A stretch of 64,000 bases of DNA from Hydrolagus colliei (lineage: Eukaryota): the NCBI GenBank assembly GCA_035084275.1, contig CM068770.1:4030001-4094000 (forward strand), in the 5' to 3' direction. This document shows positions 12,873-25,135 of the stretch, piece after piece. How positions within the stretch are numbered: position 1 is the stretch's first letter; each line of letters starts with the position of its first letter. The notes beneath the pieces are model-generated. The model worked only from the letters and a program-made list of their open reading frames with translations. It was not told where the DNA came from and made no database searches. The position numbers and the translations under genes were made by a program.

Positions 12873-13320
12873 GAAGAAATACATGACCGTGCGTTGCCAC
12901 ATCAGGCTGGTGGAGGTCGCCTGTCCCACCTGGTCACCCCTCACTCCAGAGTCTCAGGAACGTCTGTTGCCTGACCTGTCGGGGTTCGGGCTGCTGGCGA
13001 TCGGTTACAACACCCGCTGGAACCCCAAGGTCCGTTACTACATGACCAAACTGAGCAGCCGCGGTTCCAAGCCCCTCGAGTCCTTCCTCACCCCGGGCGG
13101 GAAGGGTCAAAGGGCCGTCGAGAGGAAAGTCCAGGCCAGGAAGTGGAAGGACGTGTTCTACAAGTACGTGGACATGACGGCCAGCGAGATGGAGTGTCTG
13201 CAGCTGCTGCAGAGAGTCAAGTGGATGCCGCTGCGTCGCTGCACCTCGGAGGATGTCCTCTCGCGCATCACAGAGGAGAGTGGGCTCCTGGCGTTGGGTT
13301 ACAGCGGGCAGGGCACAGAG
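12873..13320 (+). CDS. Gene X exon (phase 2 to 0), 448 nt, uncharacterised protein
   Basis: TTACAG acceptor, GAG|GTCAGT donor, open frame KKYMTVRCHIRLVEV...LALGYSGQGTE with strong GC3 bias. Confidence 0.85.
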
Positions 13321-13484
13321 GTCAGTCACTGTGCGTCATGCGTTGACCCTGTCGTTGTTGTTGTGCACGCCAGTGAGTTCACGCAGAGAGCGATCGCAGT
13401 GCCGTTAACTGATACAGAGAAGGAGAGAGGACCAACCTGGGCCTCAAAGCTCGGTCACACCACTCCACTTTACAGTGAAGTTTT

Positions 13485-13900
13485 GGAGCTCAGTGGGTTA
13501 GAGCAATCGCCTTACAAGCGTGAGACCTGTGTTCGAATCCAGGCAGGTTGGGGGCGAAACCTTGGGCAAGTTTCCTTACACACACACATACTCTACACAC
13601 ACACACACACACACGCGCGCACACACGCACGCACACACACAGGCACACACGCATGCCTGATAATAATCCCTCCAAAGAAAACCACAATGATAAAAAATTG
13701 GTCATTTTCAATCCACGACTGTTTGTGGGGGACGCTGCTGTGCGCAATTGGCTGCCGCGTTTTGCCCACAAATATACAGTCAATTCACTTTACGGTATAT
13801 TCTGTGAAGCTCTGTGTTTGTCACGTCCAGAAGAAGTAAAAAGCGCCGTGCCAAATGCAAGGATTACTGCATGGAATGATATTATTATTATTATTTTTAT
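13485..13900 (+). mobile_element. tRNA-derived SINE, full length with expanded (CA)n
   Basis: Head, B box, central block and tail all present; lies in a gene X intron. Confidence 0.88.
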
Positions 13901-13936
13901 TAAATCAAAGCTCTGATTTGACGCCTCTCCTTTTAG

Positions 13937-14338
13937 GTGAGGCTGGATGTGTCAGCGTTGGACGGGAGTGAAGATTGGGCTGACGGACCGAGCGAGGAAC
14001 ATTCCCTTTCGTCTGAGTCTGACACGGAGCGAGACGCTGAGGTCAGCGGGATAAACCCGGTCCGTTACTGTTACGTGGAGGTGGTGATGACCAGCATCCG
14101 GGAGGTCCTGGTGAAACTTCTGCAGCGTCCCGCGGGCATCGTCCAGGACGCTCACTCCTGCCTCGACATCCATCACTTCGTCTGGCACCCGAGCGGTGTG
14201 GACCAGAGCAGGATCTACTGCAAGTGGTACCCAGTGCGTCCCGAGGTCCTGAGCCAAGGCTGCGTGAGGGAGTTCCTGGAGACTGCCCTCGGACACAGGC
14301 TTAAGTACAAGGCCCCCGGCACGTGCAGGGAGAGATAA
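13937..14338 (+). CDS. Gene X probable last coding exon (phase 0 to TAA)
   Basis: CTCTCCTTTTAG acceptor; VRLDVSALDG...KYKAPGTCRER* continues the frame; high GC3. Confidence 0.8.
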   Translation: MRLDVSALDGSEDWADGPSEEHSLSSESDTERDAEVSGINPVRYCYVEVVMTSIREVLVKLLQRPAGIVQDAHSCLDIHHFVWHPSGVDQSRIYCKWYPVRPEVLSQGCVREFLETALGHRLKYKAPGTCRER

Positions 14339-15071
14339 CGCACGGCTTCAAGCCCCTTTCGACCACCGAAGGTTTCACGCTGTCGTTTTCTTTTGCCCTA
14401 TTACGCATTCCAGCACCTCGAGCTACCGCTACAGTGCAGGACTGCTCACAATAATAATCCTTGCATTTGTTACAGCACCTCACCACATTGTTGAGACGTT
14501 CTCAATGCCCTTCACAGCATCTAATGTAAAGCGATTGAATATATATTTGCGGGTGAAACGTGGAAGCCAATTGCGCACAGCAGCGTCTCCAAAAACAATC
14601 GTGGATTGAGTGACAGACTTATTATTATTATTATTATTATTTGCTATTACCCCAGGAACAGTGATCCGCCAATCGACTAACCACTGGTTTCCCACTTAAC
14701 CGTTATGTAAACAGCGGAGCGCGGAGTAAGGAAACTTGCTTGGTGTTTTGCCCCGGCTGGGAATCGAACCCGGGTCCTCTTGCGTGCCAGCCGAGCGCTC
14801 TAACCCACTAACCAGTCTGCTTACTAACAACTTATCATGTGGCTTTTCAGATGTCAGAGACAGACAGCATCAGTGAAAGCCGCCCTGTCACTGAATGTTA
14901 GAGGGTCGGGATTACTATAACACAGGCTGAAGTTCTGGTCCTGACTTTGGAAATGAGCCCTTGTAATGGCGGCATCTCATGAGTAGCCAACATTGACGTT
15001 AAACGTAACACAGACTGGAAATTCAGCCCCCCCCTCCCAAAAACCAGTTTGTATTTGGCAAAGATACACGT

Positions 15072-15077
15072 AATAAA
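15072..15077 (+). terminator. Candidate poly(A) signal of gene X
   Basis: AATAAA about 730 nt after the stop, followed by AT/GT-rich sequence. Confidence 0.4.
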
Positions 15078-15207
15078 ATTAAATGATTGCAAATGTTTGA
15101 GATATTTTTAGAATATGTGTATTTGGTCTATATATATATATATATTTGTGTCTAAGCCAAACAGAGAACGCAACCGGTTAAAATTGCACCAATTACCAAC
15201 CCATCCA

Positions 15208-15450
15208 ATACAACAACAACAACAACAAAATTATATTTGTAGAGGGCCATTCACATTGGGAGGATCTCCCAAGGCACTGAGGGCTGGAGTAGGGGCAGGG
15301 GAGAAGGAGAGTAGGAAAAGGGGGTGGGGGGGGGAGAGTGAGGAGGGCAGCAAAAGGCACGGTCGAAGAGGAAGGTCTTGAGAAGAACAGGCCTCGAAGA
15401 AGGAGGAAAGGGAGGAAGCGAGGCGAAGGGATTGGAGTTCTCAGAGTGTG
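15208..15450 (-). mobile_element. L2 LINE 3' fragment
   Basis: (CAA)n tail and GGCACGGTCGAAGAGGAAGGTCTTGAG block shared with the long L2 at 45636. Confidence 0.8.
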
Positions 15451-15461
15451 TGGGTGGTGGG

Positions 15462-15496
<35 letters not shown>

Positions 15497-16869
15497 TCAC
15501 CGGGTCGACAATCTTCTAGAATTTAAAATAAAATGACCGTTTGTGGGACGCAGGACTTGAACGGGAGATGAAATACTCTATTGTTGTACTCGCTTCCGTG
15601 GCTTTAAAGAGCAGGAGGTCAGCGCTCTCTTTTCCCAGCTAAAAATGACTCCACTGAGTTCAGCCGGCGAGGAAAACATTTCTAATATACTGTACATAAA
15701 ACAGATTTCGTTTTGTGAACGTCTTATTGAAGCTTGATGGAGATGTAAGAATGTGGGCAAGTATGACATGACAGTACAGTGGGTGGGGAGTTGGAGGAGG
15801 TGGTCAGCCGGATGTCTGACACATGTGGAAATTCATCGGCGCGCTTATGAACATCCACACCAAACTGGGAGTTCCTAGGAGTCAGAAACAACAACTAGCT
15901 TTTACACCGTGTGCTCTTCACGTTGGGTAGTGAGTCCCTGAGTGCTTGACAGTGGCAGTGGAGACTGACCTTGAAGGTGAACGATCGACAAGGAAGGTCA
16001 GGACCCAATTTTGAAAGTGGGGAGAGAGGGGACAAGGGGAGAAAGAGAGAGAGAGAGAGAGACAGAGAGAGAAAGAGTTCCAGAAAATGTCATATGAATT
16101 AGGATGGAAAAATTGGTGTTTTTAATTTGAACAATACCCTGGCGACAAATTTCCCGAAAGTGGCGGATTATTAAGCCTTGAACCTGGACACTGTTTGAAA
16201 GCCGTCTGTTGTTCCAATGATTTTCCTCGTGGCCAATTGCTCAGGCTACGCTACTCTCTCTCTCTCTCTCTCTCTCTCTGCCCTTTAATCGGTTTATATC
16301 ACATGAGACGTTACGTGAATGGACAGAAACAGGGACGTCCCAAAATACATCACTTACGTAGAGAACCGAGCGAACGAACGAACGAGCGAGTGGAGGATAG
16401 TTTCCCCAGATTTATGTCTGACAAATTTGGACCATTAATCCGATTGTGTCCCATTTTGCAAAGTAAAATAGGCATCAGCCCTTCCATGTATTAGCTAATT
16501 GCAGAGAATCACACTGACAACATTCAGGAGACCTTTGGCCATTTGATTTCAGTGCCAACAGAGGGCGCAACTGAGGCAGTAACATTTGATTTAGTCGCGA
16601 AAAATGTCTCTCCTGTATATAATAATAATAATGATCCTTGTATTTGATACATGTCTTCTAGACGTCTTAAAGCGCTTCACAGAAAACACGTAAAGCGCTC
16701 TGAGACGCCGCCCGGCGTGGAGGGCGCTATATAAATCAAAGTTGTTGTTGTTGTTGTTGGTAAAGTGAATTGACTGTGTTTGCGTGGGCGAAACGCGGCA
16801 GCCAATTGCAGTTTTGAGGGATTATTATCAGGTGTGTGTGTGTGTGTGTGGAGTGAGGGAAGGGTCAGG

Positions 16870-17045
16870 GTGATCGGAAGGAGGGTAGGAGAGGGGGGGA
16901 GAGTTAAGAGGGGGAGCAGAAGGCACGGTCAAAGAGGAAGGTCTTGAGGCTGACCTTGATGGAGGAAGCGAGGTGAAGGGACTACTGGCTGGAGTTCCAG
17001 AGTGTGGGCGGGGGGCAGAGAGGCTGAAAGCCCCGATGTAAAGTG
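16870..17045 (-). mobile_element. L2 LINE 3' fragment
   Basis: AAGGCACGGTCAAAGAGGAAGGTCTTGAGGCTGACCTTGA...GGAGTTCCAGAGTG (rc encodes LWNSS...SFKVSLKTFLFDRAF). Confidence 0.8.
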
Positions 17046-18131
17046 AATGAACTACATATTTTTGTGAGCGAAACTCGGCAGCCAATTCCTTAGGTCTACT
17101 TTCGGAAGAGAGAGACAGAGCGAGATTGCAACGCTCGTCACTGGCTTCACGAATCTACAGGATCAGCATCATTCTCTCAGCCCTCTCTCGGTTCCGAACC
17201 CTGATTAATTCTCGTGGCCTCTCTATCGTGCCCCAGATCTCAAAACGAATAACACAGATAACATCACAGGATTAAAATAATGAACTTTAAAAGCCTAACG
17301 TCGAGACTGAGTTCAGTTTTGATCAGGCGGGCAAGGTGATTTTCCACACGGCGAAGATGTGATTAACAAAAACATAAGCAGTTTATGAAAACTCAAATGT
17401 GCTGGATATACTGCTGAGACAAGGTAAAGTGACTTCAAAGTATTTCCACTGAGGAAACAATACTGCGGGTGAGAATTAATTGGCAACCGTATGCCTGGGG
17501 TGAGGTGGGGAGGCAAGTGGGGTGAGCTCGGAGCTGAACTGGTTCCAAGGCGACAGGTCAAAAAATAATGATTTGGTCACTCCATCCACGACCGCTTAGG
17601 TGGGGGACACTACCGTGCACAATTGGCCGCCGCGTATGGTTAAGGATGTGGGTTGGGGTGGGGGGGGGTGGAAATCTTCTTACCGGCTAGGAATGGCTAT
17701 AAGTTTCAGGTGTCAAACGAGACTGACTGACTTGTGGTTCAAGTGAATATGGTTCTGGTTCGGGCAGGGGTCGGTGGGGGTGGGGAGATGGGGAGGGGGA
17801 GGGGTGGGGGGTAACGCTTGGTTTGTGTGGATCACACTCGGGCCTTTGAATTTAGATATCAATTGCTTTCAATCAAATGAGCCCGAGACATATAACACAT
17901 GGCTGTTTTTGTCCTGTGAGTCACACTCACACAGACCACTTAACAACAGGCTTACAGTAAACAGCAAGGCCGTCCAACCTCTGAAACAAATAGCGCGACC
18001 GCACGATCTCTCTGTCGTCTGAAGCTCTCTCAGCGTACACACAGAGTAGGGCTTCCTGTAAACTCACACCTACGGCTAAGTTTTATACCCGTACTCTGGT
18101 ACGCTCAGCGTCCGGCTGACTTGTGGCTCAC

Positions 18132-18172
18132 CTGCCCGGCTCTTTCATGTGTGATGCTGCCACACATTCACA
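18132..18172 (-). CDS. Possible further cytoplasmic exon of gene A (CECVAASHMKEPG)
   Basis: Good acceptor GCTAGTTTCAG and donor CAG|GTGAGC, but the open frame (phase 0 to 2) does not join directly to the 20203 exon. Confidence 0.3.
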
Positions 18173-19149
18173 CTGAAACTAGCACAGTGACAACACCCAC
18201 AGATCACGTTTCCACTGTTGCCACCTGTAAATCTACCATTAATTTTCTCCGCCCCCCCCACCAACTCTCCCCCAACCTCTCTCTCTCTCTCTCTCTCTCA
18301 CTCTCCACCTCCCTCTCCCAACACCACCCCATCCACCCCACCCCACTCCCCCTGTCGCCAACAAACCACTGAAATCCAACGCAGCTCAGTTCAAACGCTT
18401 AAGTTGGTATCCACCCCATCCTCCAGGTAACTGATAAGAATCAACAACAACAACAACGCCCTCCACGCCGGACGGCGTCTCAATCAACAACAATCTAATC
18501 ACCTGGGAGGAGGGACAACAATATATCAATGAAAGGAATATCAGAGTGAGGAGTTAATGTTGAATTTGAACTGTACCTGGTTAGACTGGGAAGGGTAGAC
18601 CAGTCACTGGGGGTGGTGGGGAATCAACCCACACAGCTCCTGTTAATCCTACAAGTCAACCTCCTGACAGGTAGGGTGGTCCCAGCTAGACAAGCCTTAC
18701 TAGGCTTATCAATGGCAAGCTGTGTGGTTTTAGCTGGTTAGACTCTGGCAGTTACCCCCAACGCACACTCTGGGCTCCCCCCCCCCCCACCAACCTAAGC
18801 CTTGGCTCTTGCCAAACTGGGCCTAGTACTCTCACAAATCAATTAAGGCATCAGTTGTGTTTCCCAGGGAGAGAGAGAGAGATAGAGAGATAGAGAGAGA
18901 GAGAAAGAGAGCAGGCTGCATCTCAACAATCTGACTCTGGGATTATTGGTGTAGTTTGGAGACTCTTACAGCAACGATGACGGGTTTCCATGTGTGTGTG
19001 GGACCACCCAACTGACACCCCTCCCCTCCCCACCAAAACAGTGATATGAACCAGATAAACACAGCCCAGAGATAGAGCGCTTGTTTTACAGACCTTCAGG
19101 AGTTGACTGAGGTGAGAGAGATAAACATAGCCATTGTTCCGACTATATT

Positions 19150-19510
19150 GGGGCGTCTGCAGCTCAGTGGGTTAGAGCGCTCGCCTTTACAAGCGTGAGA
19201 TCTGTGTTTCGAATCCAGGCAGGTCAGGGCGAACCCTTGGGCATGTTTCCTTACACACACAGATACACCTGATAATAATCCATTCAAAGAAACCGCCCCC
19301 CCCCCCCCAATAATAAATCAGTCATTTTCAATCCACGACCGTTTGTGGGGGGGGGAACGCTGCTGTACGCAATTGGCTGCCGCGTTTCGCCCACAAATAT
19401 AGAGTCAGTTCACTTTACAGTATGTTCTGCGAGGCGCTTTGAGACGTCTCGAAGACGTGAAAAGCGGCATATCAAATGCGAAGATTATTATTATGATTAT
19501 TATTATTATT
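19150..19510 (+). mobile_element. tRNA-derived SINE, full length
   Basis: A box CAGCTCAGTGGGTTAGAGC, B box TTCGAATCC, central block, (ATT)n tail. Confidence 0.9.
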
Positions 19511-20202
19511 ATCTGTGGTGGAGAGGGAGGCGAAGGCATTCGTGAGGTTAACGAGGCAGTTATCGCTCACAAACATCTACTTCGAGATGTTGACCTCAAA
19601 AGCCTCGTGTCGTATGTTGGGTGAGAAACTCTCACTTTTCGCTTCTCGCCTTTCAGCCTTTTTGAAAAATTTTCTCGCATTTTCAAACGTGAAATAGGTC
19701 AACAAAACCCCGCAGGGTTTAACGGTTAACAGTAGTAATTCTTGATAATAAGAATCATCGTTGCATCCGACATTAGCGCCTTATCGCGTCTTCGAAGTCG
19801 TCTCAAAGCGCTCTTCACAGAATGTGCTGTAAAGTGAATCGACCGCATATTGCGTGTGTGGGGGGTGAGAGGGTGGGTGGGGGGCGGGGGGGTGGTGTGT
19901 GGGTGCGAAACACAGCAACTCATTTGCGCACAGCAGCGTCCCCACAGACAGTCGCGGACTGAGTAACCAGATTATTTTTGTTTCTAAGGAATTATCAGCT
20001 CCCGACAAGCGACCCCCCCCGATCCCCGAGTTCCCACTTATTGCCGGATAAACAGGGACGTGTGTGAGACTGTGCGAGAGTGTGTGAGAGAGTGAGTGAG
20101 TGTATGTGTGTGTGTGTGTGAAGGCAACTCGCCCAACATTTCCCCCTGGCAATATGGTCAACAGAGCATTGTACACGCCAGGGTTGCGTGCTCGAAACTC
20201 AC

Positions 20203-20269
20203 TTGCTTCCTCTTCCTGTGACACTTCGCCTGGTAATTTGCGGTCTGGCTGGTAGTTTATCTCAGTGCC
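20203..20269 (-). CDS. Gene A cytoplasmic exon (phase 0 to 1): GTEINYQPDRKLPGEVSQEEEA
   Basis: Acceptor GTTGTCTGTCAG, donor GCAA|GTGAGT, in frame with the 20988-21045 exon. Confidence 0.7.
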
Positions 20270-20274
20270 CTGAC

Positions 20275-20560
20275 AGACAACAACAACAACGACGACGAGG
20301 ACAACAACTGAGATTTACACACAGCGCCCTCCTCTCCACGCCCGACAGCGTCCCAGAGAGCTTCCCGATCACAGGGTTCCCAGGGCCGTGAAGGGAGAGA
20401 GGGAGAGAGGGAGGAAGAAGGTGACTGAAAATAGGAAAGGAGTTGGAGGGGGTGGGTATGGTCCAGACCCGGTGGAGTGAAGGCAACGGGTGCTGTTGGA
20501 GGTCAGAGGAGGTCAGAGAGGTGGGAGAGCTGAGGTGGGGGGGGTGGGGGGGGTGATGCA
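20275..20560 (-). mobile_element. Degenerate L2 LINE 3' fragment
   Basis: (CAA)n tail, CAGCGCCC...GACAGCGTCCCAGAGAGC, purine-rich body. Confidence 0.65.
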
Positions 20561-20987
20561 GAGGAGTGAAGGGATTTGAATACCAACGTGAGAATCTTGC
20601 AATCAATACTGCGGTGTCCTGACAGGCAGATGCCTTAGGAAACAGCAGATATAATACTGATGCATGACTGCATGTAACATTTGAACCCTGGCCTCTAATC
20701 TCGGCCTTCATCAGTTGGGAGTTTAAAAGGTATTTTCTCCCCATTGTTGTTCGTTCTCTTGTTGATGCTGTGTCAATGGGTTTTATTTTTCCTGCAGAAT
20801 TTCAGCTTCAATCAATCTGAGACGGAGAGAACTCAGGCACCGTTTAGAAACAAAGTGAGTCACAACAGCATCTCGCAGCAGAAGTAGATCGAAATCACCT
20901 CTCTTATTTTATTTTCCATAGACTTGTGTGTGTGTGTGTGTGTGTGATACATTGAAAGGTTGATTCGAACCAAGTTTCGAGCCTCAC

Positions 20988-21045
20988 TTGTGTGTGTTCA
21001 GGCAATCGGATGCTCTGACAAGTGGAAGGAATGGAATCACCAGGG
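20988..21045 (-). CDS. Gene A cytoplasmic exon (phase 2 to 0): PGDSIPSTCQSIRLPEHTQ
   Basis: Acceptor TTGTTGTTTTGCAG, donor CAA|GTGAGG, phases match both neighbours. Confidence 0.72.
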
Positions 21046-22039
21046 CTGCAAAACAACAATCTTTTGTTTCGGTAGCAGCCGGAGACGGAACCTGAACCAG
21101 ATTCTGGCTTTGATATTAATGAGGATTTATCAGTGGCGTTCTGTGTCGGGGTGGGCGGATTTGTGTGTCTGTGCGTGTTTGTCTGTGTGTGTTTAGTCTG
21201 TGTGTGTGTGTGTGTCCAGCTCGGGTCTGAAACACTGACCGTCCAGCGCCTTGGGATGTCCTCCTGACGTGAAAGACGCTATACAAGTGTCATTTTGTTG
21301 TTGTGTGCGTTTGTAAGAAATACTAATTCTCGCATTTGATATCACACGGTTCACCTCTTCTCGATGTCTCGAAGCACATCACGGAACATACTGTGGAAGT
21401 GAATTGACTGTATATTTCTGGGCGAATCGCGGCAATGTACACGAACAGAGAAACACACATACGCAGATACACACAAGCATGCTATCACAACAACAACAAC
21501 AACAAAGTACACTTGTATAGCGCGTCAGAGTCGACTGAACAAAAAGTAGCCTTAATGATCCTTGCGTTCGATATGGAGCCTTCACACTTCTTCAAGAGTT
21601 CAAACTCCATTGAACTCACACCACTGTCTGATTCTAGACATGACAACAGTCCCACCTGGGCTTGGCTGACACGCTTCAAAAAGCACTAACGTATAACCAT
21701 TTGCAAACAGAACACGATCGAGGGAGGGTGTGCAAGATTGATAAAAATCAAACCCTTCTCTCTGCTGAAAGAGCGAAAGGTGAACGAGATCAAAGGAGAT
21801 GTCTGTCTCGTTGTGTCTTTGGGAAGACTTAAATTGGTTCATTGTAAAATGTAACATCACATTTAAACCACCTTTGTTGGTTCTGGACTACAGTCACGTT
21901 CTCTGCACCCCCCTCCCCCCCCCACCCACCCCCTTCTCGCTCTCTCCCTAAACCACATCAAACTCCGCCAATCTCAAATGCTCTGAGACTCTACCCTTCC
22001 TGATATAAAGGCAAGTTGTTGTTGCTGTAGCCTGCGATT

Positions 22040-22368
22040 ATAATAATAATCCTTACATTTGATACAGCAGCTTTTCACGTCTTCTAGACATTTCAAAGCG
22101 CTTCAGAGAATAAACTGTAAAGTGAATCGACTGTATTGTTGTGGGCGAAACGCGGCAGCCAATTGCTCGCAGCAGCGTCCCCCACAAACAGTCGTGGATT
22201 GAAGTGACTGATTTTATTATCGTATTTTTGTTTGGAGGGATTATTACCAAGCGTGTGTGTGTGTGTGTGTGTGTAGTAAGGAAACATGCCCATAGTTTCG
22301 CTCTGACCCGCCTGGATTCGATCACACTCTGTAAGGCGAGCGCTCTAACTGCTGAGCTACAGGACTCC
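22040..22368 (-). mobile_element. tRNA-derived SINE, full length
   Basis: All modules present on the minus strand. Confidence 0.9.
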
Positions 22369-22544
22369 CTCCCCCAGCAGTTTCTTATTTAACCCTGTGC
22401 ACTGTTATCTCTGAGGATTTCAACTGTGTCGTTGAACAGCTTTCCTCTGCCTCACCCTTAAAAAATACGCAGTCAATTCGTTTCACAGTGTGCTCTGTGA
22501 AGCACTTTGAGACTTCTTTGTTTATCAGGGCTGGGAACCATCGT

Positions 22545-22640
22545 CGAGGCTGACAGTCCAATGCAGTACTGGGGGGGCGCTGTGTTATTGTGCGTGATGC
22601 CGTCCTTTGATTGAGACATTAACGTTACAGATCCCATGAC
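22545..22640 (+). mobile_element. DeuSINE-type fragment
   Basis: GGCTGACAGTCCAATGCAGTACTGGGGGG...GATGCCGTCCTTTGATTGAGACATTAA...GATCCCATG resembles, from memory, the Deu domain of AmnSINE1/SacSINE1. Confidence 0.6.
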
Positions 22641-23272
22641 GCAATCCGAAAAGAGAGATTAACACGGTTAAATCCTATAAAAGCGCTTTCGAAGCCAACC
22701 TCCTGCCTCAACAGAGGCCTGGCTGAACGCTAACCGCGTTAGTTTGCACCAATGATCCATTTAAAGGGTTAACGTTTCCAAAACAGAGAGAGAAAAAATA
22801 ATTAGACGGTTTCATTTCTCTCTCTCTCTCTCTCTCGCTCTCTATCTCTCTCTTCCCCTCTGCGTTTTTTTTTCTCGAAAACATCTCCACGCAGGTGAAG
22901 TTAAGAAGCAATGACAAAGAAAGAGAAAACGTGGTTAGAACGCACGGGTCTGTATTCTAATCCTAACGCACGAAGCGCGCGTTTGAACTCACAACGGTTC
23001 ACGCGAGAGAGGGCTGAACACTCAGCGCAGATTTCCTGTAGACGTGACACTGCCTCTCGTCGCCTCTCTGCAACTTCAGCCTTATCCAGTCCCTCTTTGA
23101 CTTATCGTTATGATTGTTACTACTGTCCTATTACTCTTGTCCCGTTAGTGAAGTGGCTTCAATGGGTTTGTAGAGGAACAGAAGAACCCAATACAGTGTG
23201 GGTCTCAGTGTCTCGGGACGTCTCACTCCCCCCCCCCCCCCCCCCCCCCACCCCCACCCTCCCCCGATTCAC

Positions 23273-23421
23273 TTTCGGGCAGTGAATTTCTCTCTCAGGT
23301 CCTGTCTTGAGATGTGGACTGCGGCGTATTCCGTTTCTTCAGGTACCGTTGGATTGTGGTGAGATAAACCCGTCGAGTCTCGAGACCTCGTCTTGATTTC
23401 TCTGGCTGCAGTGTACGGGCT
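23273..23421 (-). CDS. Gene A cytoplasmic exon (phase 0 to 2) with ITSM-like TEYAAV
   Basis: SPYTAARE...PEETEYAAVHISRQDLREKFTAR; acceptor TTTGCAACAG, donor AA|GTGAAT; motif at 23317-23334. Confidence 0.82.
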
Positions 23422-23968
23422 CTGTTGCAAATATAATAATAATAATATTAATAATAATAATAATCCTTGCTTTTTCACATCTTCTAGACGTCTCAAAGCG
23501 CTTCACAGAATAGACTGTACATTTGTGGGTGAAACGCGGCAGCCAATCGCGCACAGCAGCGTCCCCCCACACGCGGTCGTGTGTTGAAATGACCAATTAT
23601 ATTATTGTGTTTTTTGGGGGGAGGGTGTGTGTGTGTGTGTGGAGTAAGTAAACTCGCCCAATCCTTCCAGAAGATATGGTTCATTTCACCTCCTCCCCAC
23701 CTCGACACTCGAACATGTGCAGCGCTTAGTAGACATTTCATTATTAATAATCTTAATTAGAATGCTCGCGTTTGATACAGGGACATCCTCCCAACGCAAG
23801 AGGCATTGCCATCTAATTCTCTATTGTGTTTTGGATTATCCAGCAAATCGCGGCGTTGAGACGTCTCAAAGCGCTTCACAGAATACCCCGTAAAGTCTAG
23901 TGACTGAGTATACTGTGTGCAAAATAAGCCACTCGATAAAGCTAAGTCTTTGGATTGTAAGACTGTAC

Positions 23969-24075
23969 CTCGGGTTGGTGGTTGCCACCTCTGGGTCTCG
24001 GTCTCCGAATGATGATGTCCGCGTAGGACACTTCCTCCTCTTCCTCGTGTTTACGGTCATCAAAGGAAACGGAGC
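23969..24075 (-). CDS. Gene A cytoplasmic exon (phase 1 to 0) with ITIM VSYADI
   Basis: Acceptor TTTTTTTTCTCTCTCACCCCCAG, donor GAG|GTACAG; SVSFDDRKHEEEEEVSYADIIIRRPRPRGGNHQPE; motif at 24014-24031. Confidence 0.87.
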
Positions 24076-24183
24076 CTGGGGGTGAGAGAGAAAAAAAAAT
24101 CACGCATTCATTCCTTCATTCTTTCATTCATTCCATCTGCAAACAAGCTACGGGGGTGTCGATGACAATGTCGTTCGACTTAC

Positions 24184-24243
24184 TCTGTGCTGGTGTCTGT
24201 GGATTGTGAAGAGCTTTCTTCTGCACTACTGCGTATACTGTAT
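24184..24243 (-). CDS. Gene A cytoplasmic exon (phase 1 to 1) with ITSM-like TVYAVV
   Basis: Acceptor GGAACTTGCAG, donor CAGA|GTAAGT; DTVYAVVQKKALHNPQTPAQ. Confidence 0.85.
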
Positions 24244-24780
24244 CTGCAAGTTCCAGCAAAGAGAGACAGTGTGAGTAATAATAGGAATAATAATAATAAA
24301 TATTGTATTATTATATTATATATTATTACATTATATATATTATTATATTATATTATTATGATGATGAAGTAATGGTGAAACTGGCAAATCTCCAATAGAA
24401 TAACAAATATCCCTGTAATCACAATAATAATATGAATAATCCTTGCATTTGTTACAGACGTCTCAAAGCGCTTCGCAAAGGCCCTCACACAATATATTGA
24501 CTGTATATTTGGGGGGAGAAATACACGCTGTGGGTGCACAGTGCCTAATAATCCACAGGATTTCCATCTCAAAGCGCTTCACAGGATCCATTTGAAAGTG
24601 AATTAACTGCGTGTTTTGCGGGCGAAACACTTGGCCTGGTACATCTCCTCCGCACCATTTCTTTGGCTCTGAAATCCTTCCTAAAGCAGAGTGATCTAAA
24701 CTAGACCTGAGGTTAAAAGGACACCAATTGTTACTGCACCAATGGATGTTGACAAGAATATCGTTCAGTGACACACATAC

Positions 24781-24809
24781 CTGTTTCATTGCTGTGATTG
24801 TTTCCTGGC
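24781..24809 (-). CDS. Gene A cytoplasmic micro-exon (29 nt, phase 2 to 1): PGNNHSNET
   Basis: Acceptor TCTTTCCCCCTATTTTAG, donor CAG|GTATGT, phases fit. Confidence 0.75.
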
Positions 24810-24884
24810 CTAAAATAGGGGGAAAGACACAGACGTGTGATTCTGTTGACATATTGACCCCACTGTAATACAGTGTGACTGGCT

Positions 24885-25135
24885 TGCACACACTCACAGA
24901 CACACGCGCACACTCACAGACACACGCACACACTCACAGACACACGCACACACTCCCAGACACACACTCACAGACACACGCACACACTCACAGACATACG
25001 CACACATTCACAGACACACTCACAGACACACGCACACACTCACAGACACACGCACACACTCACAGACATACGCACACATTCACACACACACACACACACA
25101 CTCACAGACACACACACACACACACACACAGACAC
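24885..25135 (+). repeat. Minisatellite, about 20-bp unit CACACTCACAGACACACGCA, decaying into (CA)n
   Basis: Tandem units directly visible. Confidence 0.9.

Noticed and set aside
12586-13839. 417-aa ORF as a single CDS
   Set aside because: Only 12873-13320 is exon; the N-terminal part is CR1 and the C-terminal part is SINE sequence.
24885-25135. CRISPR-like or coding (His/Thr-rich) repeat
   Set aside because: No unique spacers, eukaryotic context; a (CA)-derived minisatellite.
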